Both the position numbers and the translations under genes were made by a program. 64,000 bases of DNA from a virus (Duplodnaviria > Caudoviricetes), in the IMG/VR virus record IMGVR_UViG_2974692648_000001, positions 64,001 through 128,000 of that record; one strand, written 5' to 3'. Under the pieces are notes generated by a model that saw only the letters and a list, made by a program, of their open reading frames with translations, searched no databases and was not told the origin of the DNA. Shown piece by piece: positions 20,308 through 29,916 of this stretch. Position 1 is the first letter of the stretch. Every line of letters starts with the position of its first letter.

Positions 20308-21222
20308 ATGGCTAACCAAAACGACCTGATCCGAGAATCAGATAACTCTCGAGTTCCGGCACAGATGGTGTCTACCCAACCGATGGGTACGAATATCATG
20401 ATCGCTAAAGCGACTAACAAATCGCTTAACATCCCACCTAACACCACATTGAACGAACACCACGAAATCGAAGTGAACAACTCACTAGGTGTAAAGAACG
20501 GTCAAGACTTCGTGTTAGGTTATTTTGGTGTGGGTATCAAAGGTTATCAAGTTGTCGGTAACCACCCCGTTACTAACGTGCCGGTGAACTACACTAACCA
20601 ACACCAACCGTTTGACCAAAACTTGTTCTATTCGATTCCTTTATGTGCTCGTCCACTGGATGATGACCTAACAGAGCAAGAACGTGATAAGTACCGTATG
20701 CGTACGGTACAGATCCTAGACGGTATCCCAACAGCACTATACTGGTTGATGAAGACCGGCATGAGTGAGTTCAACCCTAAGACCAAACGTGCGTACCGTA
20801 ATCCTTCTACTGGTAACGAAGTCCCAATTGATTATGTTTACCGCCCAGAGTCTTTGAACCCAGAACCAATCACACTGTCTTCAGATGGTACCGTTCCATT
20901 AGCTAACACGTACTTAATGTCGTCTGGCCTTATGGACTTGTCACTGAATGGTACTGCGTTAGAAGAACTTCGTAATGTGTGTCGTTTGATGTTCGGCGAT
21001 CCTTCACTGGCTGCGGTATCAGAATACCAAATCGTTTGGGGCATTGAGTCAACTACAGAAGGTCAGGGACCTGGTGGTACAACATTCCGTCACAAAGAGT
21101 TGATCTCGGCAGTAACTCAATACGTAGTGTCTGAGCGACACGCTCGAGACGCAAACTCGAACGGCGACATCGTCCTTAAATATGACTTGGGTGCCGCTTA
21201 CCCAATGTTACTTGAGGAATAA
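20308..21222 (+). CDS. virion structural protein (phiKZ gp139-like)
   Basis: 304 aa; NTTLNE and LGYFGVGIKG segments; directly upstream of RuvC. Confidence 0.6.
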   Translation: MANQNDLIRESDNSRVPAQMVSTQPMGTNIMIAKATNKSLNIPPNTTLNEHHEIEVNNSLGVKNGQDFVLGYFGVGIKGYQVVGNHPVTNVPVNYTNQHQPFDQNLFYSIPLCARPLDDDLTEQERDKYRMRTVQILDGIPTALYWLMKTGMSEFNPKTKRAYRNPSTGNEVPIDYVYRPESLNPEPITLSSDGTVPLANTYLMSSGLMDLSLNGTALEELRNVCRLMFGDPSLAAVSEYQIVWGIESTTEGQGPGGTTFRHKELISAVTQYVVSERHARDANSNGDIVLKYDLGAAYPMLLEE

Positions 21223-21824
21223 TGGAAACACTTCCCCTCCCCGACGGGTGGATTCGTTCCATAGCGATAGACCCATCCACCTTACGGATGGGTATGTCTA
21301 TTATCGACGTCAACCTTCAACAACCTGAACGCTTCAAGTTACAATGGGTGGAAACCATCCATGGTGACAAAATGGGGCATTTCAGTTCAACGAACTATGA
21401 CGATGACGGTGCAGCACAATCCCGTATACTGGGACTGTCTAAAGCGTACCGCAAACTATTAGACTTCTTTAACCCTACAGTAGCGGCGTGTGAAGATAAC
21501 TTCTTAGGGGCGTCTCCAGACACCTTTAAGAGACTTGTCGAAGCGGTCTCATTGCTGCGTACTGAAACTGAGAATTATGGGAACGGACTCTACATGGTGA
21601 ACGTCCCACCTCGGGCGGCTAAGGAAACCGTTGGGGCCAACTTTAAAGGTGCTCAAAAAGAAGACGTGACCAAAGGCATTAAGAAATACGAGAACATTGA
21701 CCTTAATGGACACGACTTGGATGTGTTAGATGAACACTCGATCGATGCTATAGCGATAAACTTAAATGTGTGTGAGCGAATCGCTAAAGATCGAGGTAAA
21801 TTCCATGACACAAAAAATACCTGA
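21222..21824 (+). CDS. ruvC: RuvC-like Holliday junction resolvase
   Basis: IAIDPSTLRMG, ACEDNF, AQKEDV and EHSIDAIAI acidic catalytic motifs. Confidence 0.85.
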   Translation: METLPLPDGWIRSIAIDPSTLRMGMSIIDVNLQQPERFKLQWVETIHGDKMGHFSSTNYDDDGAAQSRILGLSKAYRKLLDFFNPTVAACEDNFLGASPDTFKRLVEAVSLLRTETENYGNGLYMVNVPPRAAKETVGANFKGAQKEDVTKGIKKYENIDLNGHDLDVLDEHSIDAIAINLNVCERIAKDRGKFHDTKNT

Positions 21825-22161
21825 ACGCAATGATCATTTAGACACGGCAGAAGGCGTAGTTTTAGGTAAGTGGGGGACTCGGTTCCGAACGTTCTGTGGT
21901 ATCGTCGCGGTACTAACGACGTGTTGGGTTTCGTACTCTGGTATGAGCTCAGTAGTAGAGTCTGTGAAAGCAGGCAAAGGTTGGCCTAGTGAGATGACGC
22001 TGTTTTTGTTCGTCTTTGGTCCGGTCGCTATTGCTTGGCAATACATGAGTGTGAACAAACTTTTATCATTACTTTTCTCGTCCGATACTCAAGGTGCGGT
22101 TAGCATCAAAGATCGGTTACGTGGGTTCTTGATCCATCACCCTCACAAAAACCATAAGTAA
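21805..22161 (+). CDS. two-TM membrane protein, holin candidate
   Basis: GAGG RBS before ATG 21805; two hydrophobic helices and a basic C-terminus; converges on the spanin pair. Confidence 0.55.
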   Translation: MTQKIPERNDHLDTAEGVVLGKWGTRFRTFCGIVAVLTTCWVSYSGMSSVVESVKAGKGWPSEMTLFLFVFGPVAIAWQYMSVNKLLSLLFSSDTQGAVSIKDRLRGFLIHHPHKNHK

Positions 22162-22163
22162 AT

Positions 22164-22196
22164 ATAACTCCCTACCCGCTGAGGGTAGGGAGTTAT
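22164..22196. terminator. bidirectional terminator (repeated hairpin family)
   Basis: ATAACTCCCTACCC-GCTGA-GGGTAGGGAGTTAT. Confidence 0.8.
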
Positions 22197-22203
22197 TATT
22201 GCT

Positions 22204-22710
22204 TTATTCTTCTACACTGTCTGGTGGAGGAGGTTGTAGTATTGCATAAATACGATCAAGCGTTTTAAGCAATGACTGAATAGTAACCTTGGCTCCATAG
22301 AGTTCTTCAGATCTTGTGTCTGCACGATTGGCGAGTTCAATAGCATAGATCACACTAGCATAATGACATCGTTTCTCGACCAACTCACCTTCGCATTTGT
22401 TTGAACTCAAATACGTTTGCAACATTCCCAGTTCACTTGGGGAGAGCTTAGGTGGACTTTCTTTTAGGTAAGGAGGGATGTCTAGAACACTACTCCTTAA
22501 CGCACCTATGTTGGCACGAACTACATCCATCTTTGCTATTTCAGCATTGACTCGTAGTTGCGCGCTTCCTTCTTCAAAAGAAGGTTTACTTGAACACCCA
22601 GATAAAAGTAAGACCGCAATTACGACTACGGTCACTAGACCTATATTAACCTTCAGGCCCAGGCTCTTCAATATCTGGATCCATTTGAACACTTTCATCA
22701 ATAGACCCAC
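22204..22710 (-). CDS. lipoprotein, o-spanin candidate
   Basis: Hydrophobic signal with lipobox LLSG/C followed by SSK; overlaps the upstream TM gene. Confidence 0.65.
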   Translation of the reverse strand: MGLLMKVFKWIQILKSLGLKVNIGLVTVVVIAVLLLSGCSSKPSFEEGSAQLRVNAEIAKMDVVRANIGALRSSVLDIPPYLKESPPKLSPSELGMLQTYLSSNKCEGELVEKRCHYASVIYAIELANRADTRSEELYGAKVTIQSLLKTLDRIYAILQPPPPDSVEE

Positions 22711-23035
22711 TAGGTATCACTCCTTTCATTTCTTGTTGATATTCATCCATCATCGATTGATATGTCTCACGACGCACGCCTTTCTTTTCTTCCAAGAATC
22801 GAGATAACTCGAGATTACTTTTACGGTTCTCTTCTAGGATGAGACGAGATTCCTTATTGATCTGTTTAAAGGTCTCCAGGATGTTTTCCAGTTGAGCAAT
22901 GCTCTCTTTTGACATCCCATCGTTTCTACTAGAGAAAGTTTCCATCAAACTAATGACGATCAGTAGTAGCAATAATCCAACGATCGTGCCGAACTGAATC
23001 GTCCTCGACGTCATTCTTTTATCTGCGTCAGGCAT
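22646..23035 (-). CDS. i-spanin candidate
   Basis: N-terminal TM helix (IVGLLLLLIVISLM) followed by a coiled coil; 3' end overlaps the lipoprotein gene. Confidence 0.65.
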   Translation of the reverse strand: MPDADKRMTSRTIQFGTIVGLLLLLIVISLMETFSSRNDGMSKESIAQLENILETFKQINKESRLILEENRKSNLELSRFLEEKKGVRRETYQSMMDEYQQEMKGVIPSGSIDESVQMDPDIEEPGPEG

Positions 23036-23038
23036 AAT

Positions 23039-24274
23039 TTACATGTCCTTAAATATCGAATAAATTTTGAAGTGGTAAGCTTCAACACTACGGTGGGGAT
23101 CATACTGATTAATCTTATCATGAAATAACCCACCCCCATTTTCAGAGCCAGTAGAGTAATCTGTCGAGATATCGATATATCTTACATCAAAGTCAAGCAA
23201 CCGTCTGCCCGCACCTAATCGGTGTCGGTAGGTAGGAAAGCGTCCATCCGATAACATAACTGGATGGTGGAACTTATCCTCGGTAGCAAACGTGGTAGGG
23301 AAGGTGTATTTTTCCAGAGGAACTACTTCCACTCCCATGTACGGATTTGACATATAGATAATGAAACTATTAATGTTGGTTAACAATCCCTTTATCACGT
23401 CAGGTCGCTCTAAGAGCTCCGCTTCGACAACACCGCTACGGCAATTTGCGATATTGTCCAAGTCGATATGCTTAGCACCTTTAACTAGTAAACGTCCTAA
23501 GTCTAAAACACGTAAATCCAATCGCAGGCTGTTATGACCCACTTTAGTTATAGCGGGGCTACCACACACCAGCTTACCTGCAATCACAAACCAGACAGTC
23601 TGTTCTAGAATTTCTCGGTCCACGGTAACCAGTACCGATCGTCCTTTCTCATCCACGTCCAGTTGTTCGATTTCAAAAGGTTCCGTTTCTACTGAAGTAA
23701 TACCTTTAAAATCGATGGCACCCACATGACCCGTATCATCTATGTGGAAGTTGCGACCCCCACCCAATAGGTAGAATCCATCCGGTCTCCCAATGGATCG
23801 AATGAAGTAACCATTGTAGGTGAATAACGTCGTCTTGTTAAACCCACGGTAATCCGGTGAACTCGCAGTGCGATGTTTCACTAACAAGTCTACTGCACCG
23901 GAAGAAGTTATTTTTTCTTGTCTACCAGCGGCAAAGTCTGCACGACCTGGTAATAAAGAATAACCTGCCATCTGCATGTCTTCCATGCGAGCATAGTGAT
24001 AGGTCTCACCCATCTTACCTAAGTAGACTTCCAAAGGTTGTCGTTCCTTGGTATCTAACCAGTCCTGAATAGTTCCGGTAAAGTAAAGGGCTTCGGAACG
24101 ATAAACACTCATGTCGATGGTAATTTCTCTGAGTAACAGACCATCCCACACAGTAATAAACAACGCTCGTGTTTTTTCCATAACCGAGCTTAACTTGGCG
24201 TTCTCTATTTTAAGCGGTTGTAGACCAGCCAGACTTCCCTTATAAGCCCCGATAGAGCGTCGGTAAAGATACAT
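23039..24274 (-). CDS. putative virion structural protein
   Basis: ORF 23039..24370; AAGGAG RBS supports start at 24274 (MYLYRRS). Confidence 0.65.
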   Translation of the reverse strand: MYLYRRSIGAYKGSLAGLQPLKIENAKLSSVMEKTRALFITVWDGLLLREITIDMSVYRSEALYFTGTIQDWLDTKERQPLEVYLGKMGETYHYARMEDMQMAGYSLLPGRADFAAGRQEKITSSGAVDLLVKHRTASSPDYRGFNKTTLFTYNGYFIRSIGRPDGFYLLGGGRNFHIDDTGHVGAIDFKGITSVETEPFEIEQLDVDEKGRSVLVTVDREILEQTVWFVIAGKLVCGSPAITKVGHNSLRLDLRVLDLGRLLVKGAKHIDLDNIANCRSGVVEAELLERPDVIKGLLTNINSFIIYMSNPYMGVEVVPLEKYTFPTTFATEDKFHHPVMLSDGRFPTYRHRLGAGRRLLDFDVRYIDISTDYSTGSENGGGLFHDKINQYDPHRSVEAYHFKIYSIFKDM

Positions 24275-24352
24275 TATGCGAATCTCCTTGGTGAATTCTA
24301 TAGAATCGTTACGATACTTGTGCGATTTGACACTAACATAAGGCCCTTTGTT

Positions 24353-26494
24353 ATGAGTTACATTATCCACCCTTGGAACCCCTTTGGGGACAACGAAAAG
24401 AGTGTGGTATATAACGAATCGATCAGTGCGTTAGGTGAAGAGCGGAGTCTATTAGTCCCTCGTTACGGCCCGTTCTTTGAGAAGGATTTAATTCTCAAAG
24501 ATGCGCAAACGGGTGTCGAACTAAAGCCGGGTCGAGATTTCGTTTTCAGCTACCCATTCGATGATTTCATTAAGTACTACAGTCGTACGATTTACGGTGG
24601 CATCACTCTGTTAGAGAGTGGTCGCAACCGCCAGCTGGTATTAGAACAATACAAAACAATCGGTGAACCGTTCACTCAGAACGACCAAGACTTTATTCGT
24701 CTTTGTTCTACGATTATTCACTCCGAACGCATTGCGGACTGGAGTCAGGTAGTTAACCTACCTATGGAGGGGTTCCCTTCCGATCCCCACGAACATGAAC
24801 CGGACTTGACTTATAACTATCATAAATTCATCGAAGTGATGAAGGCGATAGACCAAGGTCAACGTACCGAGTTCAACAACCCGACGGTCGCTTCCCAATT
24901 AGTGGAACACGTCACCCAAGCCTTTAAACTCGCTCACCCTAATGCGACTGCCGATGATTTTAATCTCGGTAACGTAGAAGACTTTGGTGTTGCAACTGAG
25001 GCCGATCTTCAGGGTAACTCAGATCAACTTTATTTGACCTTAGCTAAAGGTCGTAAATTGACTGAGATCATCTTGAAAGAGCTAGGCATCTACCCTGATG
25101 ACGAACCTACCGCTCCTGGTTCCGACGATGAGCTTGATAAACCACTTACCTTGCGAGAAGCCTTAAAACTATTTACAGGTAAAGACAGTGATTTAGCTGA
25201 GATCGACGGACGAGGTAAAATAGCTCGTCGTAATGCCCGCAATAACCTAGGGTTAGGGGATGCGGCAACCGCTACGATCGAACAAACTGTAGGTCAAGGT
25301 CTTAAAGCTCTGATGTCGCAAAAAGCGATAACCGATGCTTTAAACTTATTGGTACCTCAGACGCGTACCATTAATGGCATGCCGTTGACTAAAGACATTA
25401 CTATTGATGTTAATGACAATGACTCTTACTCTCGCGATGAAACCGATAACTTACTTAATAAGAAGTTTGATAAGTCATCAGTGTCTCAGAGTACGGGCTC
25501 CAGCACATCAGCAGTTATGTCGCAGAAAGCGACCACAGACGCTCTTAACGCCAAGGTTCCTAATACCCGTAAGGTGAATGGGAAGCCGTTAAGTTCTGAT
25601 GTTAGTCTGTCTCCTGGGGATGTCGGTGCGTACACCAAGACTCAAGTTAACGACTTGGTTAATGGTCGTGTACCGAATGGTCGAACCGTCAACGGTAAAC
25701 CGTTAAGTGCAAATATCTCTTTGAGTGCGGGTGATGTCGGTGCTTACACTAAGTCTGAAGTTAACAGTAAGTTAGGTGGGAAGTTTGATAAGTCAAATAT
25801 CACCAATTATTCAGGTTCTAGCGAAGTTCACGTTATTTCGCAAAAAGGTGTGACTAACTACCTTAACGGTAAAGTCCCTACCAGTCGTACCATTAACGGC
25901 AAACCTTTGACTTCCAACATCAGTTTATCGGCATCTAACGTTGGTGCTTACACCAAATCTGAAACTGACTCCCGTTTAAATAACAAGTTCGACAAAGCCT
26001 ACATCTCTCAAGGTACGGGTAATAACTCGCTTTATGTGATGTCCCAAAAAGCAGTGACGGATAACCTTAATAAAAAGGTGCCAACTACTCGTACTGTTAA
26101 CGGTAAGGCGTTGAGTTCTAACATAACCTTAAACGCTACTGACATCGGATTAAGTCGTGTTGAAAACAAACGTTGGGTCAAGGTGAAGGATGCATCGGTG
26201 AGTTTCAACCTACGTAATGGTTACCGTGTTTACACGGGTGAAGTCGATACCGGGTTACGTCTACCTTATGAAGACGGACGTCGTTTCGATAAAGGTCGCT
26301 TCCGTGTTATCCCAGAAACCTTAGGCAATATTACGTCCAGCAATGCTAACGCTTGTTGGTGGGGTGTTGACTATGAGGTGGTCCTGAAACAGTACTGGAA
26401 CAAAGGACATCAAATCTGGATCAAGTTCTACGGCTCGGGTGCGTATATCTCTTCCGGTAAGATCAGTAACTACGAGTTGTACGAATGGAAATAA
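24353..26494 (+). CDS. tail fibre protein with tandem repeats
   Basis: N-terminal VPRYGPFF baseplate-attachment-type domain; repeated VMSQKA...RTVNGKPLS..I.L...DVGAY units. Confidence 0.75.
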   Translation: MSYIIHPWNPFGDNEKSVVYNESISALGEERSLLVPRYGPFFEKDLILKDAQTGVELKPGRDFVFSYPFDDFIKYYSRTIYGGITLLESGRNRQLVLEQYKTIGEPFTQNDQDFIRLCSTIIHSERIADWSQVVNLPMEGFPSDPHEHEPDLTYNYHKFIEVMKAIDQGQRTEFNNPTVASQLVEHVTQAFKLAHPNATADDFNLGNVEDFGVATEADLQGNSDQLYLTLAKGRKLTEIILKELGIYPDDEPTAPGSDDELDKPLTLREALKLFTGKDSDLAEIDGRGKIARRNARNNLGLGDAATATIEQTVGQGLKALMSQKAITDALNLLVPQTRTINGMPLTKDITIDVNDNDSYSRDETDNLLNKKFDKSSVSQSTGSSTSAVMSQKATTDALNAKVPNTRKVNGKPLSSDVSLSPGDVGAYTKTQVNDLVNGRVPNGRTVNGKPLSANISLSAGDVGAYTKSEVNSKLGGKFDKSNITNYSGSSEVHVISQKGVTNYLNGKVPTSRTINGKPLTSNISLSASNVGAYTKSETDSRLNNKFDKAYISQGTGNNSLYVMSQKAVTDNLNKKVPTTRTVNGKALSSNITLNATDIGLSRVENKRWVKVKDASVSFNLRNGYRVYTGEVDTGLRLPYEDGRRFDKGRFRVIPETLGNITSSNANACWWGVDYEVVLKQYWNKGHQIWIKFYGSGAYISSGKISNYELYEWK
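25310..26150 (+). repeat. protein-level tandem repeats of the tail fibre shaft
   Basis: Five RT(I/V)NG(K/M)(P/A)L-type units and four (M/I)SQK(A/G) units; approximate boundaries. Confidence 0.85.
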
Positions 26495-26506
26495 CACTTC
26501 CTTAAC

Positions 26507-26542
26507 TATAATCCAGGGGTCCTATCGGGCTCCTGGATTATA
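26507..26542 (+). terminator. stem-loop terminator
   Basis: TATAATCCAGGGGTCC-TATC-GGGCTCCTGGATTATA. Confidence 0.7.
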
Positions 26543-26613
26543 TTACTGTGTGAAGAATTTTATGATTCATTAACTTCTAGGGTGAATGCCCGGAACTTAT
26601 TAAAGGACGGATT

Positions 26614-29600
26614 ATGAACCTCCCCGAGATTAAACAATATCGGTTCGATGTATCAGGTACAGCAAAAGAAAACCTAATACCTCGTGAACTGATCCCTGCA
26701 AGCGACGAACGTAATGCAAAGATCGTGGTCCCTAGACACGCACCTTTCTTTATTGAGTCGGTTCACGTCTATCGTGCAGGACACACTATTCCACTGACTT
26801 TAGGTGAACACTACGACTTCGTGAGCATTGATCATGACTTGTCAGAATACTGCGGTAATCGCGTATCCTGGGTCATTCGTAAATTAAAGAATGACTTACC
26901 TGATCTAGAAATCACCTATCAAACACTAGGTACTATCCCGGCATTAACAGAGACCACTAAATATTGGTACGAAGCTGCTGCGTTAGACCAACGACCAGTG
27001 TGGTTCGATCAATTACTGAATAAGCCAAAGCATTTCATTCCCATGTTACACGGTCATGACTTAGCTCAAGGTTTCTTCAACTTCCAACGATTAATCGAAA
27101 TCTACGAAGATCGTTACGAGACGTTATTTGGTGATCAAGCATTAATCCCTTATCGTGAATGGTTCTTAGGTCAACTTAATAACCTTAAAACCTACGTAGA
27201 GCCTTTCAGACTGTTTTTAGATCGTTACACCGACAATCACATCAATCACGACCAAGATCCTCACAGAACACGTTCTAGAGACATTCCTGGGTTGGATCAA
27301 ATTGATGAAGTGCAGACGGCTAGCAACGACGAAGCCCAATTAGGGTTAAGTAAACGACTACGAACAGTAAGTGCGCAAGCACATAATCACATCCAGCAAC
27401 AAGGTCCTGATCACGAAGGACATATTCCCAACATCTTTCTGAACGAAGACGGAACGCGTACCGCTAGTGTCATCGATAACAAAAAGATTTCCCCGGTCAC
27501 CGAACTGACTGTAGGAATTAAAGATTTGCTCGTTAATGCTTACGTTGATCGTAGCGGTGTCGGGCGAGGTGAGATCACACTAACGGGTTCTAATGGGAAT
27601 AAGGTGTTGAGTTTTACCAACCCTAACCCAGTCGGACAGTCTCGTAACCCAGAGCCAAACATTTGGTATTGTGATCAACAACCTACTGGTTATGACATCA
27701 TGATCGCTGGCGGCAATTCGGATGCTAGAGTCTTTTATAAAGACCGTTGGTACTTGGTTATCGATAATGCGGAGCTTACCGAATACGACCAACTCCCAAG
27801 TCAGCGTATAGCGATTTCAGGTGACATGTCCGACGTTCTGGCGAATCACCGTGATTATCGTTTGATTCATACCGAGGAAGCAGTACATTTAATTCGAACC
27901 ACAGATCATGCTTCCAAACCAACGGTGATATGGAAAACGATCAAGTACGATAAAGCGGCAGGTACCGCAGAACCTGTGACTGAATACACGTTTAAATACA
28001 ACACCATCAATGATGGTACTTCTTATAACGAGAAGGGACGTGTTATTATGTTCCACCGTGGCTTCAGTTCAGGTAAGTACTCTAACGGTGACCTGGTGTT
28101 CTCTGAACCAGTGGAATTAGTCAAACGTGACGCCCAAGTCTTGGTACTCCCTACGGTCTTTAAAGGCAAGCTTTATTTTGAGTTCTTACTCCCAGAGTCG
28201 TTCAGCTATAAAGGTGAAGAACGAAATTACGTTCACTCTCACATGGCCGAAGCCAACATGAACCATGTTAATAAGACTGTGTCTTTAACCTGGACTGACG
28301 CTCGAGCAAGACCGTATATTGTTACGGAGCGTTTGTTCTCGGCTAACCCGGAAGCAAACAACTACTTTGAACAAGTCGCTGTCCCATTCCCATTCGAACT
28401 AACAAGTCGTCGGGCTTCTTTAGTCGCTATGTCCCAAGAAGGATTCTTTGGATTTGGGTTTAAAACAGAAGGTCACGGTGAAATGTTTGTTGTTCGTTTT
28501 ACCCCGGGCGATTACACTTTAAATGAACTTGGTCGATTATGGCACCTGGCGGATACGGAAGAATGGGTGGTGACTCGAGCAGGTGGTTGCACTCCTAAAA
28601 CCTATAATCGAGTTGACGTGGGACATATCAGTCCTATGAACCCTTACATGGGTGTATGGGCGGAATCTAATGAACGTAACCGTTACGGGTTAGTTAAAGG
28701 CATACATTCTGAACACGGTATGGGTTTCTTTTATAAGAACCTTTACGGGGGAGTGAATGAAATCAAGATTGGTGGAACTAAAGTTCATACTAGTTTGCCA
28801 CTCGACAACATTGATTTTGTCAAACACTTAACTCCTGAACACTGGATTGGGACCTCCCTAGATGTGGAAGAACAAGAAAGTGAGTTCGTGTGGTCTGTGG
28901 GTGGGTCAGATTCCCCTTCCAGACTTATCCCTAACCGAGTTGGATTTGGTGGTAGTAGCTTTAATCCACTAAGCTACGTGGAAGTCACTGACGAGTTCTT
29001 GACCGCCATGGGGGTGGACCTTAACGGGCATTGGGTGCTGGTCCTAGGTGGACGTTACGGACTCCCTGATTTCATTTATAACACTTATGTGGAAAATGGT
29101 AGTCTGAAAACGAAAGTTCAAGTATTTCGTTTAAACTCTTCGGTACTGACAAGAGTGGATGGCGTGAAATCACGCATTCCAACTACTAAGTTAACCGCAG
29201 CTGATAAAGCCACCCTAAGTGGGGGACGTGTAGTGACCCACGACACACCCGCTCATTTGGATCTGACTAAAGTAGAGAACCCAGAGCCAACATTGGACAC
29301 TAACGTAATCAACGTGTTAATTAGTGACTCCGGTCGCACTACGGTTTTACTGTGTCCTAACAACCGATTTGGTAATGACTCCTACAGTCAAACGTTCCCC
29401 ACTGTATTAAACTTCAATCAAGCTGATGACAGCATTGTATTATTTGATGAAGATCAGTTCGAAGGATGCATCGGTCTCTCTCCCGACCTTGGTTGGGTTA
29501 GAACCAACTTTAGTGATCAAACTGATTTTGGTGGTCTGGTCAACGCCGGGGAACAATTAAACTCAGGTTACCAAGCTCGACCTTCTTATATCCCTAGCTA

Positions 29601-29874
29601 TAGTGGTTTAGTAGGTATGTTCAACATGGTGCCTGAAAATGAACACCAAGTTTACTTCCCTGTGCCTTTGTTGGTATTAGAAGGTAACACTCTGCATCGA
29701 CTTGATGCAACGGCGTTTAACACCAAGCATTTGATTACTCCTGGTTCCACTGCAAGCTACACACTCAATTTGGTCAACGGACTTACCGGGCCTTACTTTG
29801 ATGTGGATTCGCACCATGCACTGGACGAAGGTTGGTATATTGATGTCGAAGAAACCGGTGTGAAATTAAATTAA
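26614..29874 (+). CDS. tail/baseplate fibre-like virion protein
   Basis: 1086 aa; N-terminal IVVPRHAPFF and WFDQLLNKPKHFIPMLHGHD shared with its neighbours. Confidence 0.7.
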   Translation: MNLPEIKQYRFDVSGTAKENLIPRELIPASDERNAKIVVPRHAPFFIESVHVYRAGHTIPLTLGEHYDFVSIDHDLSEYCGNRVSWVIRKLKNDLPDLEITYQTLGTIPALTETTKYWYEAAALDQRPVWFDQLLNKPKHFIPMLHGHDLAQGFFNFQRLIEIYEDRYETLFGDQALIPYREWFLGQLNNLKTYVEPFRLFLDRYTDNHINHDQDPHRTRSRDIPGLDQIDEVQTASNDEAQLGLSKRLRTVSAQAHNHIQQQGPDHEGHIPNIFLNEDGTRTASVIDNKKISPVTELTVGIKDLLVNAYVDRSGVGRGEITLTGSNGNKVLSFTNPNPVGQSRNPEPNIWYCDQQPTGYDIMIAGGNSDARVFYKDRWYLVIDNAELTEYDQLPSQRIAISGDMSDVLANHRDYRLIHTEEAVHLIRTTDHASKPTVIWKTIKYDKAAGTAEPVTEYTFKYNTINDGTSYNEKGRVIMFHRGFSSGKYSNGDLVFSEPVELVKRDAQVLVLPTVFKGKLYFEFLLPESFSYKGEERNYVHSHMAEANMNHVNKTVSLTWTDARARPYIVTERLFSANPEANNYFEQVAVPFPFELTSRRASLVAMSQEGFFGFGFKTEGHGEMFVVRFTPGDYTLNELGRLWHLADTEEWVVTRAGGCTPKTYNRVDVGHISPMNPYMGVWAESNERNRYGLVKGIHSEHGMGFFYKNLYGGVNEIKIGGTKVHTSLPLDNIDFVKHLTPEHWIGTSLDVEEQESEFVWSVGGSDSPSRLIPNRVGFGGSSFNPLSYVEVTDEFLTAMGVDLNGHWVLVLGGRYGLPDFIYNTYVENGSLKTKVQVFRLNSSVLTRVDGVKSRIPTTKLTAADKATLSGGRVVTHDTPAHLDLTKVENPEPTLDTNVINVLISDSGRTTVLLCPNNRFGNDSYSQTFPTVLNFNQADDSIVLFDEDQFEGCIGLSPDLGWVRTNFSDQTDFGGLVNAGEQLNSGYQARPSYIPSYSGLVGMFNMVPENEHQVYFPVPLLVLEGNTLHRLDATAFNTKHLITPGSTASYTLNLVNGLTGPYFDVDSHHALDEGWYIDVEETGVKLN

Positions 29875-29916
29875 ATTAAAGGGAGTAACCTCCCTTTACT
29901 TTCATAACGAGGACTT

